DNA of 64,000 nt from Hyalangium minutum. Lineage in GTDB: Bacteria; Myxococcota; Myxococcia; Myxococcales; Myxococcaceae. The notes beneath the pieces were generated by a model that saw nothing but the letters and a program-made list of their open reading frames with translations, made no database searches and had not been told where the DNA came from. The translations under genes and the position numbers were made by a program. Shown piece by piece: positions 1 through 9,229 of the stretch. The stretch covers positions 10,536-74,535 of the forward strand of contig NZ_JMCB01000021.1 in assembly GCF_000737315.1 (NCBI RefSeq), read 5' to 3'. How positions within the stretch are numbered: position 1 is the stretch's first letter; each line of letters starts with the position of its first letter.

Positions 1-54
1 AGTGTCACCGCTCGCCCGAACACCTCGCTCCCACTCTCAATCGGAGGATTCCCC

Positions 55-609
55 ATGAAGACCATGACCCAGGACTGGCAGACGCTGGCGACGAACGAGG
101 ACGCGCAGGCCCTGACCCGCGTGGCGTTCGAGCACGCGCGGGCGGGGAACACCGGCCGCCTGGCCTGGCTGCTGGCCGCGGGGCTGCCGGTGAACCTCAG
201 CAACGAGCGAGGAGATACCCTGCTGATGGTGGCGAGCTACCACGGGCACCTGCAGACCACCCGGATCCTGCTGGAGAACGAGGCCGATCCGGACCGCGCC
301 AACTGCCATGGACGGATGGCGCTGGCGGGTGCGGCCTTCAAGGGAGATCTGGCCATCGCTCGGCTCCTGCTGGACCATGGCGCCCGGGTGGACGGCACCG
401 CGCGCGATGGCAGAACGGCCCTCATGTACGCGGCCATGTGCGACCAGCTGGAGCTGCTCGAGCTGCTGGTGGCGCGAGGCTCGGAGCCGGCCCTGCAGGA
501 TGCCACGGGATGCACGGCGCTGGAGCATGCCCGCAGCACGGGGGCCCGGCGGGCCGTGGAGTGGCTCGAGCAGTTCCCCCAGGCCCACAGCCCTCTGCTG
601 GCGGTGTAG
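55..609 (+). CDS. Ankyrin repeat protein
   Basis: Repeated ankyrin motifs (GDTLLMVASYHGH, GRMALAGAAFKGD, GRTALMYAAMCDQ); GGAGG Shine-Dalgarno upstream. Confidence 0.9.
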   Translation: MKTMTQDWQTLATNEDAQALTRVAFEHARAGNTGRLAWLLAAGLPVNLSNERGDTLLMVASYHGHLQTTRILLENEADPDRANCHGRMALAGAAFKGDLAIARLLLDHGARVDGTARDGRTALMYAAMCDQLELLELLVARGSEPALQDATGCTALEHARSTGARRAVEWLEQFPQAHSPLLAV

Positions 610-610
610 C

Positions 611-2044
611 TCAGCCCTGGCGCAGCACGAGCAGCCGCAGCTCGGTCATGTCCTCGATGGCGTACCTCACGCCCTCGCGCCCCAGCCCTGAGCCCTTCAC
701 GCCCCCGTAAGGCATCGTGTCGACGCGGAAGCTCGGCACATCCCCCACGACGACGCCTCCCACCTCCAGCTCGTCCCACGCCTGCATCGCCCGGGTGAGG
801 TCCTGGGTAAAGAGGCCCGCCTGCAGCCCGTAGCGCCCGTCGTTCACCTTCTGGAGCGCCTCCTCGAACGTCCGGAAGGGCTGGAGCAGCACGACGGGAC
901 CGAACGCCTCCTCCGCGCACAGCGGCTCGTCCGCAGGCACTCCCTCCAACACCGTGGCCTCCAGCAGTGCGCCTCGCCGCCCTCCTCCCGCCAGCACGCG
1001 CGCCCCCCGCGCCACTGCGCTCTGGATCCAGCCCTCCAGCCGCCGCGCGGCGGGCTCGTCAATCATGGGGCCCAGCGTGGTGGCCTCGTCCCGAGGGTCT
1101 CCTGCCCGCAGCGATTGAGCCCGCGCCACGAGCCGCTCGCGCAGTGCTTCGTACAGTTCCTCGTGCGCGAGCACCCGCTGCACCGAAATGCAGCTCTGTC
1201 CCGCTTGGAAGAAGGCGCCATGCGCGATTCGATCCGCAACGAAGTCCAAGCGCTCTCGTTGGTCGCGGTCCACCACGCAGGCCGCGTTGCCTCCCAGCTC
1301 CAGGACCACCTTCTTCCGTCCCGCGCGTGCCTTCAGCTCCCAGCCCACCTTCTCTGAGCCCGTGAACGAGAGCAGCTTCAGCCGGTCATCCTCGATGAAC
1401 GGCTTGATGTCCTCCAGCCGCGTCGTGAGAACCGAGAAGGCTCCCTCGGGGAGGTCCGTCTCCGCGAGCACCTCGGCCATGAGCGTGGCACTCACCGGCG
1501 TACGGTCGGACGGCTTGAGGACGAACGGGCAGCCCGCTGCGATGGCCGGCGCCACCTTGTGCGCCACCAGGTTCAACGGGAAGTTGAACGGCGTGATGAA
1601 CGAGCACGGCCCCACGGGCACGCGCTGGGTGAAACCCCGGTAGCCCGCCGTGCGCCGCGACACCTCCAGGTTCAGCACCTCGCCCTCGATGCGCACGGCC
1701 TCCTCGGCGGCCGCCTTGAACGTCTCGATCAGCCGGGTGACCTCGCCCCGAGCGTCGCGCAGGGGCTTGCCCGCCTCGATGCAGAGCGCGAGCGCAAACT
1801 CCTCGGCCCGCTCGCGGAAGCGGCGCACGCAGTGCTCGAGCACCGCCTGCCGGGCGTACGGTGGCATGCGCCGCATCGGGCCCGCCGCGCGCACTGCCGC
1901 AGCAATGGCCTCCTCCACGGCGGCCGCGTCCGCGAGCGCCACGTGCGTTACGACTTCGCCCGAGTACTTGTTCGTCACGGCCAGCGCCGCGTTCGGCTGC
2001 CGCGAACGGTTGGCCAGGTAATAAGGATAGCGTTCAGCCAGCAT
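611..2044 (-). CDS. NAD(P)-dependent aldehyde dehydrogenase
   Basis: ITPFNFP, FTGS, LELGGNA, catalytic Cys in GQSCIS, EEAFGP, PYGGVKGSGLGREG. Confidence 0.95.
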   Translation of the reverse strand: MLAERYPYYLANRSRQPNAALAVTNKYSGEVVTHVALADAAAVEEAIAAAVRAAGPMRRMPPYARQAVLEHCVRRFRERAEEFALALCIEAGKPLRDARGEVTRLIETFKAAAEEAVRIEGEVLNLEVSRRTAGYRGFTQRVPVGPCSFITPFNFPLNLVAHKVAPAIAAGCPFVLKPSDRTPVSATLMAEVLAETDLPEGAFSVLTTRLEDIKPFIEDDRLKLLSFTGSEKVGWELKARAGRKKVVLELGGNAACVVDRDQRERLDFVADRIAHGAFFQAGQSCISVQRVLAHEELYEALRERLVARAQSLRAGDPRDEATTLGPMIDEPAARRLEGWIQSAVARGARVLAGGGRRGALLEATVLEGVPADEPLCAEEAFGPVVLLQPFRTFEEALQKVNDGRYGLQAGLFTQDLTRAMQAWDELEVGGVVVGDVPSFRVDTMPYGGVKGSGLGREGVRYAIEDMTELRLLVLRQG

Positions 2045-2079
2045 GGTGGTCCTCCCCTTCTCTCTTCCGTGCTCGAACC

Positions 2080-3717
2080 TCAGTGCGCGGCGCCCTGCTC
2101 ATCCCCCGCCCCGAGCGCTCGCGAGTTGTCCGAGTAGTCGATGGGCAGATCGATGACGTGCACGCCTCCCGACTCCAGGCAGCGCGTGAGCATGGAGCCG
2201 AACTCGGAGGCGCTCGTGGGGCGGTGGCCTCGCGCACCGTAGGCCTCCGCGTAGCGGACGAAGTCCGGGTTCCCCAAGGTCATCCCGTAGTCCGGCAGTC
2301 CCATCGCCGACTGCTTCCAGCGAATCATCCCATAGCCGTCGTCGCGCACGACAATCACCGTCAGGTCCAGCTTCAGTCGCACCGCCGTCTCGAGTTCCTG
2401 CGAGTTCATCATGAACCCACCGTCTCCGCAGACCGCGATCACCTTGCGCTGCGGGTAGACCAGCTTGGCCGCGATGGCCGACGGGAGCCCGGCCCCCATC
2501 GTCGCGAGCGCGTTGTCGAGCAGCAGCGTGTTGGGCTTCCGGCACCGGTAGTAACGGGCGAACCAGAGCTTGTACATGCCGTTGTCCAGACAGACGATCC
2601 CATCCTCCGGCATGACGCGGCGCACCTCGGACACGAGCCGGACCGGGTGAATCGGGAAGCGCTCATCCTCCGTACCGCGCCCGAGCTGGGTGTACAGCTC
2701 CGAGCGGATGCGCTCGAAGGGTGCGAAGTCCCAGTGAGTGCGCGGGCCGACGCCCTCGGCAATGCGCCACACGGCGTTGGCGATGTCTCCGGTCACCTCC
2801 ACCTGCGGGAAGTACACGGGGTCCACTCCGGCCGACGAGAAGTTCAGGTGGACCACCTTGCGGCGGTTGTCGCGCATGACGAACGGCGGCTTCTCGATGA
2901 CGTCATGGCCTACGTTGATGATGCAGTCCGAGGCCTCGATGGCCCGGTGGACGAAGTCACCGTCCGAGAGCGCCGCCGTCCCCATCCAGAACGGGTGCGT
3001 CTCATCCACCACGCCCTTGCCCATCTGGGTGCTGAAGAAAGGCATTCCCACGTGGCTGACGAAGGCCCGGAGCATGTCCGAGGTCAACTTCCGGTTGGCC
3101 CCCGCGCCGATCATCAGCAGCGGCCGCCGGGCCGACGCGATGGCGTCGACCGCCATGGCGATGGAGGCCTCATCCGCCACGGGGCGGCGATGGGCACTGG
3201 GCGCGATGGGCGCGGCCTCGATGGTCTCACGGGCGATGTCCTCGGGCAGCTCCAGGTGGGTGGCACCCGGGCGCTCTTCCTCGGCACGGCGGAAGGCCTC
3301 GCGCACCGCCGAGGGGATGTGCTCCGCGGAGACGAGCGTGCGGGTGCTCTTGGTGAGCGGCTTCATCATTCCCACGACATCGACGATCTGGAAGTGGCCC
3401 TGCTTGCTGGCCTTGATGGGCTTCTGCCCGGTCAGCATCACCATGGGCATGGCACCGAGCTGGGCATACGCCGCGGCGGTGACGAGGTTGGTCGCCCCCG
3501 GCCCGAGCGTCGCCAGACACACGCCCGCACGTCCGGTGAGCCGTCCCGAGGTGGCCGCCATGAAGCCCGCTGCCTGCTCGTGCCGGGTGACCACGAAGCG
3601 GATGCCCGAGGCTCGCAGCGACTCGAGCATGTCCAGGTTCTCCTCACCGGGGAGACCGAAGACACAACGCACGCCCTCGGCTTCGAGCGCTTTCACGAAC
3701 AGATCAGACGCCTTCAT
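2080..3717 (-). CDS. ThDP-dependent enzyme, acetolactate synthase large-subunit-like
   Basis: Starts MKASDLFVKALE; VFGLPGEEN, RHEQAAGFMA, TLGPGATN, GDGGFMMNSQELETA ThDP motif; no small subunit nearby. Confidence 0.9.
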   Translation of the reverse strand: MKASDLFVKALEAEGVRCVFGLPGEENLDMLESLRASGIRFVVTRHEQAAGFMAATSGRLTGRAGVCLATLGPGATNLVTAAAYAQLGAMPMVMLTGQKPIKASKQGHFQIVDVVGMMKPLTKSTRTLVSAEHIPSAVREAFRRAEEERPGATHLELPEDIARETIEAAPIAPSAHRRPVADEASIAMAVDAIASARRPLLMIGAGANRKLTSDMLRAFVSHVGMPFFSTQMGKGVVDETHPFWMGTAALSDGDFVHRAIEASDCIINVGHDVIEKPPFVMRDNRRKVVHLNFSSAGVDPVYFPQVEVTGDIANAVWRIAEGVGPRTHWDFAPFERIRSELYTQLGRGTEDERFPIHPVRLVSEVRRVMPEDGIVCLDNGMYKLWFARYYRCRKPNTLLLDNALATMGAGLPSAIAAKLVYPQRKVIAVCGDGGFMMNSQELETAVRLKLDLTVIVVRDDGYGMIRWKQSAMGLPDYGMTLGNPDFVRYAEAYGARGHRPTSASEFGSMLTRCLESGGVHVIDLPIDYSDNSRALGAGDEQGAAH

Positions 3718-3824
3718 CGGGATGCCCTCCTCACTCTTGGCTGGAGGAAGATTTACGTTCCGCTGGCGATTCGTACATTCGTTTGTTCCCATGGACCCGA
3801 TAGATGGTGCCTATGATGGCGCGG

Positions 3825-4709
3825 ATGGAGCTTCGCCACCTCCGCTACTTCTCCGCCGTCGCTGACACGCTGCACTTCGGCCGCGCAGCGCGGCGCGTCC
3901 ACGTCTCACAGCCCACGCTGTCACAGCAGATCCGCCAGCTCGAGGAGGAGCTCGGCACCCCGCTCTTCGAGCGCGCCCGCACCGGCGTGCGGCTGACCCA
4001 GGCAGGCGAGCTGTTCCGCACCTATGCCTCACGGGCCCTGGAGGATGTGGACGCGGGCAAGGTCGCGGTGGGCGCCTTGCGAGGGCTCGCCACGGGAGCG
4101 CTGCGGGTAGGCTATCCGCCCAGCATGCGCGGTGTCGTGGTGCCCGCGCTCGCCGCCGTGCTGCGCAAGCACCCGGGACTCGCGCTGAGCGCCGAAGAGG
4201 CCGTGGTGCGGCGGGTGGAGCGGCGGCTCGCGGACGGCAAGCTCGACGTGGGCCTGGCCTATGCCCCCGCGCGATTGCCGGACCTCGACGCGGAGCCCAT
4301 CTTCGACAGCCGGCTCGCGCTCGTTGTGGGGCGAGGACATCCGCTGGCGGACACGGAGACCGTGGGGGCCAGGCAGCTGGCAGACCTGCCGTTTGCCCTG
4401 CTCTCGCGTGGGCTGCGAGTACGATTGCGCGTGGATGCGTACTTCGCCGCCTTGCGAATCGCGCCACACATCGCGCTCGAGTCGAACGCCGTGGGCACCG
4501 TGCTCGCCATCGTGCGCGCGGGGCTCGCTGTCACCGTGCTCCCGGAGCCGCGCCTCGCGGACGCCGAGCGCTTGCTGGTGAAGCGGCTGTCACCGGCTCC
4601 ACGCTCTGAGCTCGCGGCGCTCCTGTGGCGCAAGGGCGCACCGCGCACCCCCGCGGCCGAGCTGTTTGCCGCGGAGGTGCGCGCACGGGCGAAGGAGGAT
4701 GGGAGCTGA
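3825..4709 (+). CDS. LysR family regulator (CynR-like), divergent from the ThDP enzyme
   Basis: MELRHLRYFSAVADTLHFGRAARRVHVSQPTLSQQIRQLEEELG helix-turn-helix. Confidence 0.93.
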   Translation: MELRHLRYFSAVADTLHFGRAARRVHVSQPTLSQQIRQLEEELGTPLFERARTGVRLTQAGELFRTYASRALEDVDAGKVAVGALRGLATGALRVGYPPSMRGVVVPALAAVLRKHPGLALSAEEAVVRRVERRLADGKLDVGLAYAPARLPDLDAEPIFDSRLALVVGRGHPLADTETVGARQLADLPFALLSRGLRVRLRVDAYFAALRIAPHIALESNAVGTVLAIVRAGLAVTVLPEPRLADAERLLVKRLSPAPRSELAALLWRKGAPRTPAAELFAAEVRARAKEDGS

Positions 4710-4710
4710 G

Positions 4711-5394
4711 TCAGGGAGCCCCTTCCGCGCCAGCGCGTGTGAGCGTCACGGCCTCGGGCGTGCCTTCCGGCCAGCGCCAGAGCACCATCCGCTGGCCTGG
4801 AGTGTCACAGAGCTCGATGCGCCGGCCTCCCGGATGCCGGAAGTAGAGCGAGCGGGTCCCCTTGAAGCCCGAGTCCGCCGGTAGCTCCTGGGAGGGGACC
4901 ACTTCCCGGTCCACCCGCCAGTGCCGCACCACGGGTTTCTCTCGCAAGTGGCGGTGCACCTCCAAGACCAGGCTGTCCACGCCCACCACGCTCCAGTCGA
5001 GCATGAGCTCCTTGCCGAACTGCCGCCGCTCGCTGAGCAGCGGATAGGCACGGCCTCCCACGTAGGCTGTCGCGTCGACCTTGGCCCCATTCAGGGAGTC
5101 GAGGAAGGCCACCTCCATGCGGACGGTCCCTTTCGGCACCTGGAACGCGTACACCATGCGCCCGAGCTGCCGCTCGTGGGCTCCCCGGTACGTGTCCGGT
5201 GGATCCACCTGCGAGAGGAGCGTGGGCTCTCCGGCTCGGAACTGCTCGAGGCCTTCAGGGGCCGCGAGCGCGGGGGCCTCTGCGGGCAGCTCCACCCGCT
5301 TCCACCCCGCGGTCTGATCCGAGGGGACATAGCAAGGGCCCGTAGGCACCGCCGACAGGAGCAGCGCGCTGGCCAGGGAGATCATCGGTCCCAT
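4711..5394 (-). CDS. Secreted hypothetical protein (possibly a short DUF3999-like protein)
   Basis: Signal-peptide-like N-terminus, GC3-rich frame, starts 1 nt after the stop of the upstream membrane protein. Confidence 0.6.
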   Translation of the reverse strand: MGPMISLASALLLSAVPTGPCYVPSDQTAGWKRVELPAEAPALAAPEGLEQFRAGEPTLLSQVDPPDTYRGAHERQLGRMVYAFQVPKGTVRMEVAFLDSLNGAKVDATAYVGGRAYPLLSERRQFGKELMLDWSVVGVDSLVLEVHRHLREKPVVRHWRVDREVVPSQELPADSGFKGTRSLYFRHPGGRRIELCDTPGQRMVLWRWPEGTPEAVTLTRAGAEGAP

Positions 5395-5395
5395 C

Positions 5396-6085
5396 TCAAG
5401 CGCTCCGAGCCGCGTTCCGGGCCGAGAGCCACGCGCCGCCCAGCATCAGCATGCCGGCGCCCGCCAGGCCCGCCACGCGCAAGGTGCCGCTGAGGTGCGT
5501 GGTGTCGTAGGCCAGCGCCTTGCCCACCGCGATGGCGATGAACGCAAAGCCCGCGTCACGGATGACGCCCTCACCGCGCGCGCGGCCATGCAGCACCAGC
5601 GCGACACCCGCGACGAGCCACCCCAGGGTGAGCACCAGTCGGCGGCCCACGTCATCTCCCGCGAAGCCCATCGTGAGGAAGTGGAAGTAGAAGGCCCACG
5701 AAGCGGCGATGGCCGCGGCCGTCAGCCCGTACCAGAGGAGCACGGACTGCACGCGGTCCTTCTCCCCACCCACGCGCCGCGAACGCCACACGGAGAGCAT
5801 CGCGGCCACGAGTGTCACCGCCAGGCCGGCGAGCAACAGGCCGGACTTGGTGGCCGCGTACCACGCGCCTCCCAGCACGGCACAGGTGAGCACCGCGATG
5901 GGACCGGCGAGGGGCCGCTCCTGGGGAACTCCCGCCAGCGCCAGCCCCGTGGCCCCCACCGCCACGACGGCCAGCAGCATCTCCATGGGGACCTGCAGGT
6001 CTCTCCAGAGGAACACCGCCGCCAGCCCCATCAGCCCCACGCCCGCGACAGCCAAGACACGCACATCCCACTTCGTTCCGTTCAC
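5396..6085 (-). CDS. Polytopic membrane protein, DUF2339-like C-terminus
   Basis: GTG start with GGAGGA SD; about 7-8 hydrophobic segments; C-terminal GKALAYDTTHLSGTLRVAGL resembles DUF2339 tails. Confidence 0.65.
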   Translation of the reverse strand: MNGTKWDVRVLAVAGVGLMGLAAVFLWRDLQVPMEMLLAVVAVGATGLALAGVPQERPLAGPIAVLTCAVLGGAWYAATKSGLLLAGLAVTLVAAMLSVWRSRRVGGEKDRVQSVLLWYGLTAAAIAASWAFYFHFLTMGFAGDDVGRRLVLTLGWLVAGVALVLHGRARGEGVIRDAGFAFIAIAVGKALAYDTTHLSGTLRVAGLAGAGMLMLGGAWLSARNAARSA

Positions 6086-6217
6086 TTGGGTTCTCCTCCG
6101 TGTGCCAGAGGAGATTGCAGCGAGCGGGCCAGCGGCTGACGCACGGCGGCATGCGGGGTTAGGGGCGCGGTTGTGCAGACCGGTGTGCAGCGGCGAGCAC
6201 ATCCGGCAGTGCACACG

Positions 6218-7243
6218 TCACTTCGCGGACGCACCCTCCATCCGCAGGAACCGCGCGGCGTTGTTGTAGAGGATGTCGCGCTTCTGCGCCTCGCTCAGGA
6301 ACGGCGCCTGCTCGATGAGCTGGAGGGCCTTGGGGACGACACCGGGCCACACCATCTGGTCCGACCCGAACATGACCCGGTTCCCGAACCCCGCTTCGAC
6401 GAGGCGCTGGAGGTACCGGTAGAACTCGGCCTTGGGCAGCGCATAGATGATGACGCCCGTGTCCACGTAGACCTGCGGATGCGCCCACATCACCGCGAGC
6501 ATGTCGTCGAGCATCGGCCAGCCCGCGTGCATGACGTAGATCCGCAGCTTGGGGTGCTTCATGAGCACCTCCTCGAGCGCCAGCGGCGAGTGCATCCGGG
6601 CGCGGTACTTCTCGAACCCCAGGTATGGCGCTCCCGGTGGCCCTGCCCCAATGTGGATGCCCACCGGCACATCCAGCTCCTCGGCCAGCGCGAGGTAGGG
6701 CTCGAAGGCCGGGTCATTGGGTTCGATGCCGCCGTACTGGTTCGTCACCTCGGCGAGCGCCTTGTAGCGCCCCTCCTTGAACCACTGCCGTACCGTCTCC
6801 ACCGAAGGATGCTGCGGATCCGCCAGGTTGAAGTACAGCGTGGGCACGATCCGGGTGGGCTCGGCGGCATGCCACTTCTCCACAAGGCCCTCGGCGCCGC
6901 CGCTCGTCAGGGCCGTGATGTTGTAGCGCCGCAGCACCTCGATGCTCTCGCGCATCACTGCCTCGTCTGTCGTCTGCGACCACACCGGATCACTGCAAGT
7001 GGGCTGCTTGAGCCACACGGTGAACGGCTCTGCCCACGGCTTGCGCGGATCCCATACCGGAAGGGACTCACCCGACACGCACATGGCGAGCGGGGGAGGG
7101 CCCTGCTCCTCCGCTCCCGTGGCGTGGAAGTGCACGTCGATGATGGGCTGCAATGAAGTGTCGCGCTGGGGCGCGTGTGCGCACGCTCCGAGCAGCAGCC
7201 CTCCAGCCATGAAGACGAAGCCAACGAATACCCGCCGGTTCAT
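6218..7243 (-). CDS. Amidohydrolase_2 family protein with lipoprotein signal
   Basis: IDVHFH, VGIHIG, MHAGWP, MFGSD metal ligands; LLGAC lipobox. Confidence 0.88.
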   Translation of the reverse strand: MNRRVFVGFVFMAGGLLLGACAHAPQRDTSLQPIIDVHFHATGAEEQGPPPLAMCVSGESLPVWDPRKPWAEPFTVWLKQPTCSDPVWSQTTDEAVMRESIEVLRRYNITALTSGGAEGLVEKWHAAEPTRIVPTLYFNLADPQHPSVETVRQWFKEGRYKALAEVTNQYGGIEPNDPAFEPYLALAEELDVPVGIHIGAGPPGAPYLGFEKYRARMHSPLALEEVLMKHPKLRIYVMHAGWPMLDDMLAVMWAHPQVYVDTGVIIYALPKAEFYRYLQRLVEAGFGNRVMFGSDQMVWPGVVPKALQLIEQAPFLSEAQKRDILYNNAARFLRMEGASAK

Positions 7244-7277
7244 GCCGCCGATGCTGCCCGCTTTGGCCCGGGGTTGC

Positions 7278-7611
7278 TATGGCCTCCATCGAGGCAGGAG
7301 CGCGGGCACCTTGCGGGACCAAGCCGCGAATGCCGCCGGGAAGTGGAGCGCGCGCATCCGGTCCTCCTCGTGCACGCCTTCTTCTCAGCCGCGGGGTTGT
7401 ACTCGAGCACCTTCAAGTCCCACGTGCTCCGGCACGTGTCTCAGTCCACGTACTCGCCCACCAGGTCGAGCGGGATGGCCGGGATGAAGTAGAGCGTGAA
7501 GAACCGCCGCACGCGCTTCTGGTGATAGCCCTGCTCCGCGCTGCAGCGCGGGCAGTGAAAACGGCCCTCGGCGTGGTTGTAGGTGACGCCGCGAGTCCCA
7601 AAGATGATCAT
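7278..7611 (-). pseudogene. Zinc-ribbon domain protein interrupted by an in-frame TGA and an apparent frameshift
   Basis: MIIFGTRG...HCPRC...RRFFTLYFIP...EYVD*DTCRSTW; the TGA at 7441-7443 occupies the first Cys of the second CxxC; the GC3-rich frame shifts after YNPAAEKK. Confidence 0.6.
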
Positions 7612-7671
7612 GATTCCCCCCCCTGGTGGAAAGGCCGCGCACGCTACACGCTGCCCGTGATTCCACCCAAT

Positions 7672-7832
7672 CCCCCCTCCTGAGCGGCGCTGGACGAGCG
7701 CCGGAAACACGGGGGGTGTAAACAGACCCGGCCGAGGGGGACCTCGTCCCCCTCGAGTAGGTTGTCCAGACGCGAGAAGCACGTGATTTGACTACACTCG
7801 TGCTTCCTCGATCGTATCCCCTCACGAAGGAG
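7672..7832 (+). promoter_or_regulatory. Structured intergenic leader upstream of allB (three hairpins)
   Basis: CGGCGCT/AGCGCCG (7685-7703) inside CCCCCC/GGGGGG; perfect CGAGGGGGAC-ctc-GTCCCCCTCG (7733-7755); GAAGCACG/CGTGCTTC (7776-7806). Confidence 0.4.
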
Positions 7833-7840
7833 CTCGAGCC

Positions 7841-9193
7841 TTGAACGGAGGACCCTGGGTACTGGCCAGCCGCCGCGTCGTCACCGACAGCGGTGTGCAG
7901 GAAGCCGCAGTGGTGGTGAAGGACGGAAAGGTGGAGGCGGTGGTGCCGCCCCAGAGCGCGCCGCAGGGCCTGCCAGTGACGGACGTGGGCAACCACGTGG
8001 TGATGCCCGGCGTGGTGGACTGCCACGCACACATCAACGAGCCCGGCCGCACCGAGTGGGAGGGTTTCGAGACGGCCACGCGCGCGGCGGCCGCCGGGGG
8101 CATCACCACCGTGGTGGACATGCCCCTCAACTCCATCCCCGCCACCACGTCGCGCGAGGCGCTGCGCATCAAGGCCGCCTCCGCCGAGGGCCGCTGCGCC
8201 ATCGACTACGGCTTCTGGGGCGGCGTCATCCCCGGCAACGCGGGCGAGCTGGAGGGCATGGTCGACGCCGGAGTGACGGGCTTCAAGTGCTTCCTCATCC
8301 AGTCGGGCGTGGACGAGTTCCCCCACGTCACCCGCGAGGACCTGGAGCGCGCCATGCCCATCCTCGCGCGGCGGGGCGTGCCGCTCATCGTCCACGCGGA
8401 GCTCACCGAGCACGAGGCTCCACCCCAGGGCGACACGCGCGCCTACGAGAGCTACCTGAAGTCCCGCCCCCGCCGCTGGGAGGATGACGCCATCCGGATG
8501 ATGATCGACCTGTGCCGCAAGCACCGGGGCCGCGTCCACATCGTTCACCTGTCCTCCTCGGATGCGCTGGCGGACATCTCGGCCGCGAAGAAGGAGGGCC
8601 TGCCCTTCACCGTGGAGACGTGCCCCCACTACCTCACCTTCGACGCGGAGCACATTCCGGACGGCGCCACCCACTTCAAGTGTGCCCCGCCCATCCGCGA
8701 GGCGGAGAACCGCGAGAAGCTCTGGGCCGGGCTCGCCCAGGGCGACATCGACATGGTGGTGTCGGACCACTCGCCGTGCACCCCGGCCCTCAAGCACCTG
8801 GACCGCGGAGACTTCGCGGCGGCGTGGGGCGGCATCGCCTCGCTCCAGTTCAGCCTGCCTGCTGTGTGGACGGGCATGCGCCAGCGCGGGCATGGAGTGG
8901 AGGAGCTCGTCCGGTGGATGTGCCGCAACCCGGCCCGGCTCATCGGCCTGGAGGGCGTGAAGGGCACCCTGGCCCCTGGCGCGGACGCGGATCTGCTCGT
9001 GTTCGACCCGGAGGCCTCCTTCACCCCGGAGCCCTCGGGCGTGCTGCACCGCCACAAGCTCACGCCGTACGCGGGGCGCGCACTCCAGGGCGTGGTGGAG
9101 CGCTCGTGGGTTCGAGGGGTTCCCGTTTATTCACGAGGTCAACCCTTACCCCGTCCTTCAGGTCAGTGGGTGCGCCGTCCTGGCGCGGCATGA
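7841..9193 (+). CDS. allB: Allantoinase
   Basis: PGVVDCHAHINEPGRTEWEGF, DMPLNSIP, carboxylated Lys in GFKCFL, ETCPHYL, KCAPPIR, SDHSP; TTG start with GAAGGAG SD. Confidence 0.95.
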   Translation: MNGGPWVLASRRVVTDSGVQEAAVVVKDGKVEAVVPPQSAPQGLPVTDVGNHVVMPGVVDCHAHINEPGRTEWEGFETATRAAAAGGITTVVDMPLNSIPATTSREALRIKAASAEGRCAIDYGFWGGVIPGNAGELEGMVDAGVTGFKCFLIQSGVDEFPHVTREDLERAMPILARRGVPLIVHAELTEHEAPPQGDTRAYESYLKSRPRRWEDDAIRMMIDLCRKHRGRVHIVHLSSSDALADISAAKKEGLPFTVETCPHYLTFDAEHIPDGATHFKCAPPIREAENREKLWAGLAQGDIDMVVSDHSPCTPALKHLDRGDFAAAWGGIASLQFSLPAVWTGMRQRGHGVEELVRWMCRNPARLIGLEGVKGTLAPGADADLLVFDPEASFTPEPSGVLHRHKLTPYAGRALQGVVERSWVRGVPVYSRGQPLPRPSGQWVRRPGAA

Positions 9194-9229
9194 TCATTCG
9201 CGTAAGGTATTGGCAGGAGGAGTTCCCGC

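Noticed and set aside
7679-7708. CUGAG...stem...GAAAC resembling a hammerhead ribozyme core
   Set aside because: It lacks the CUGANGA consensus and I see no stem I/III with an NUH cleavage site; kept only as part of the structured-leader finding.
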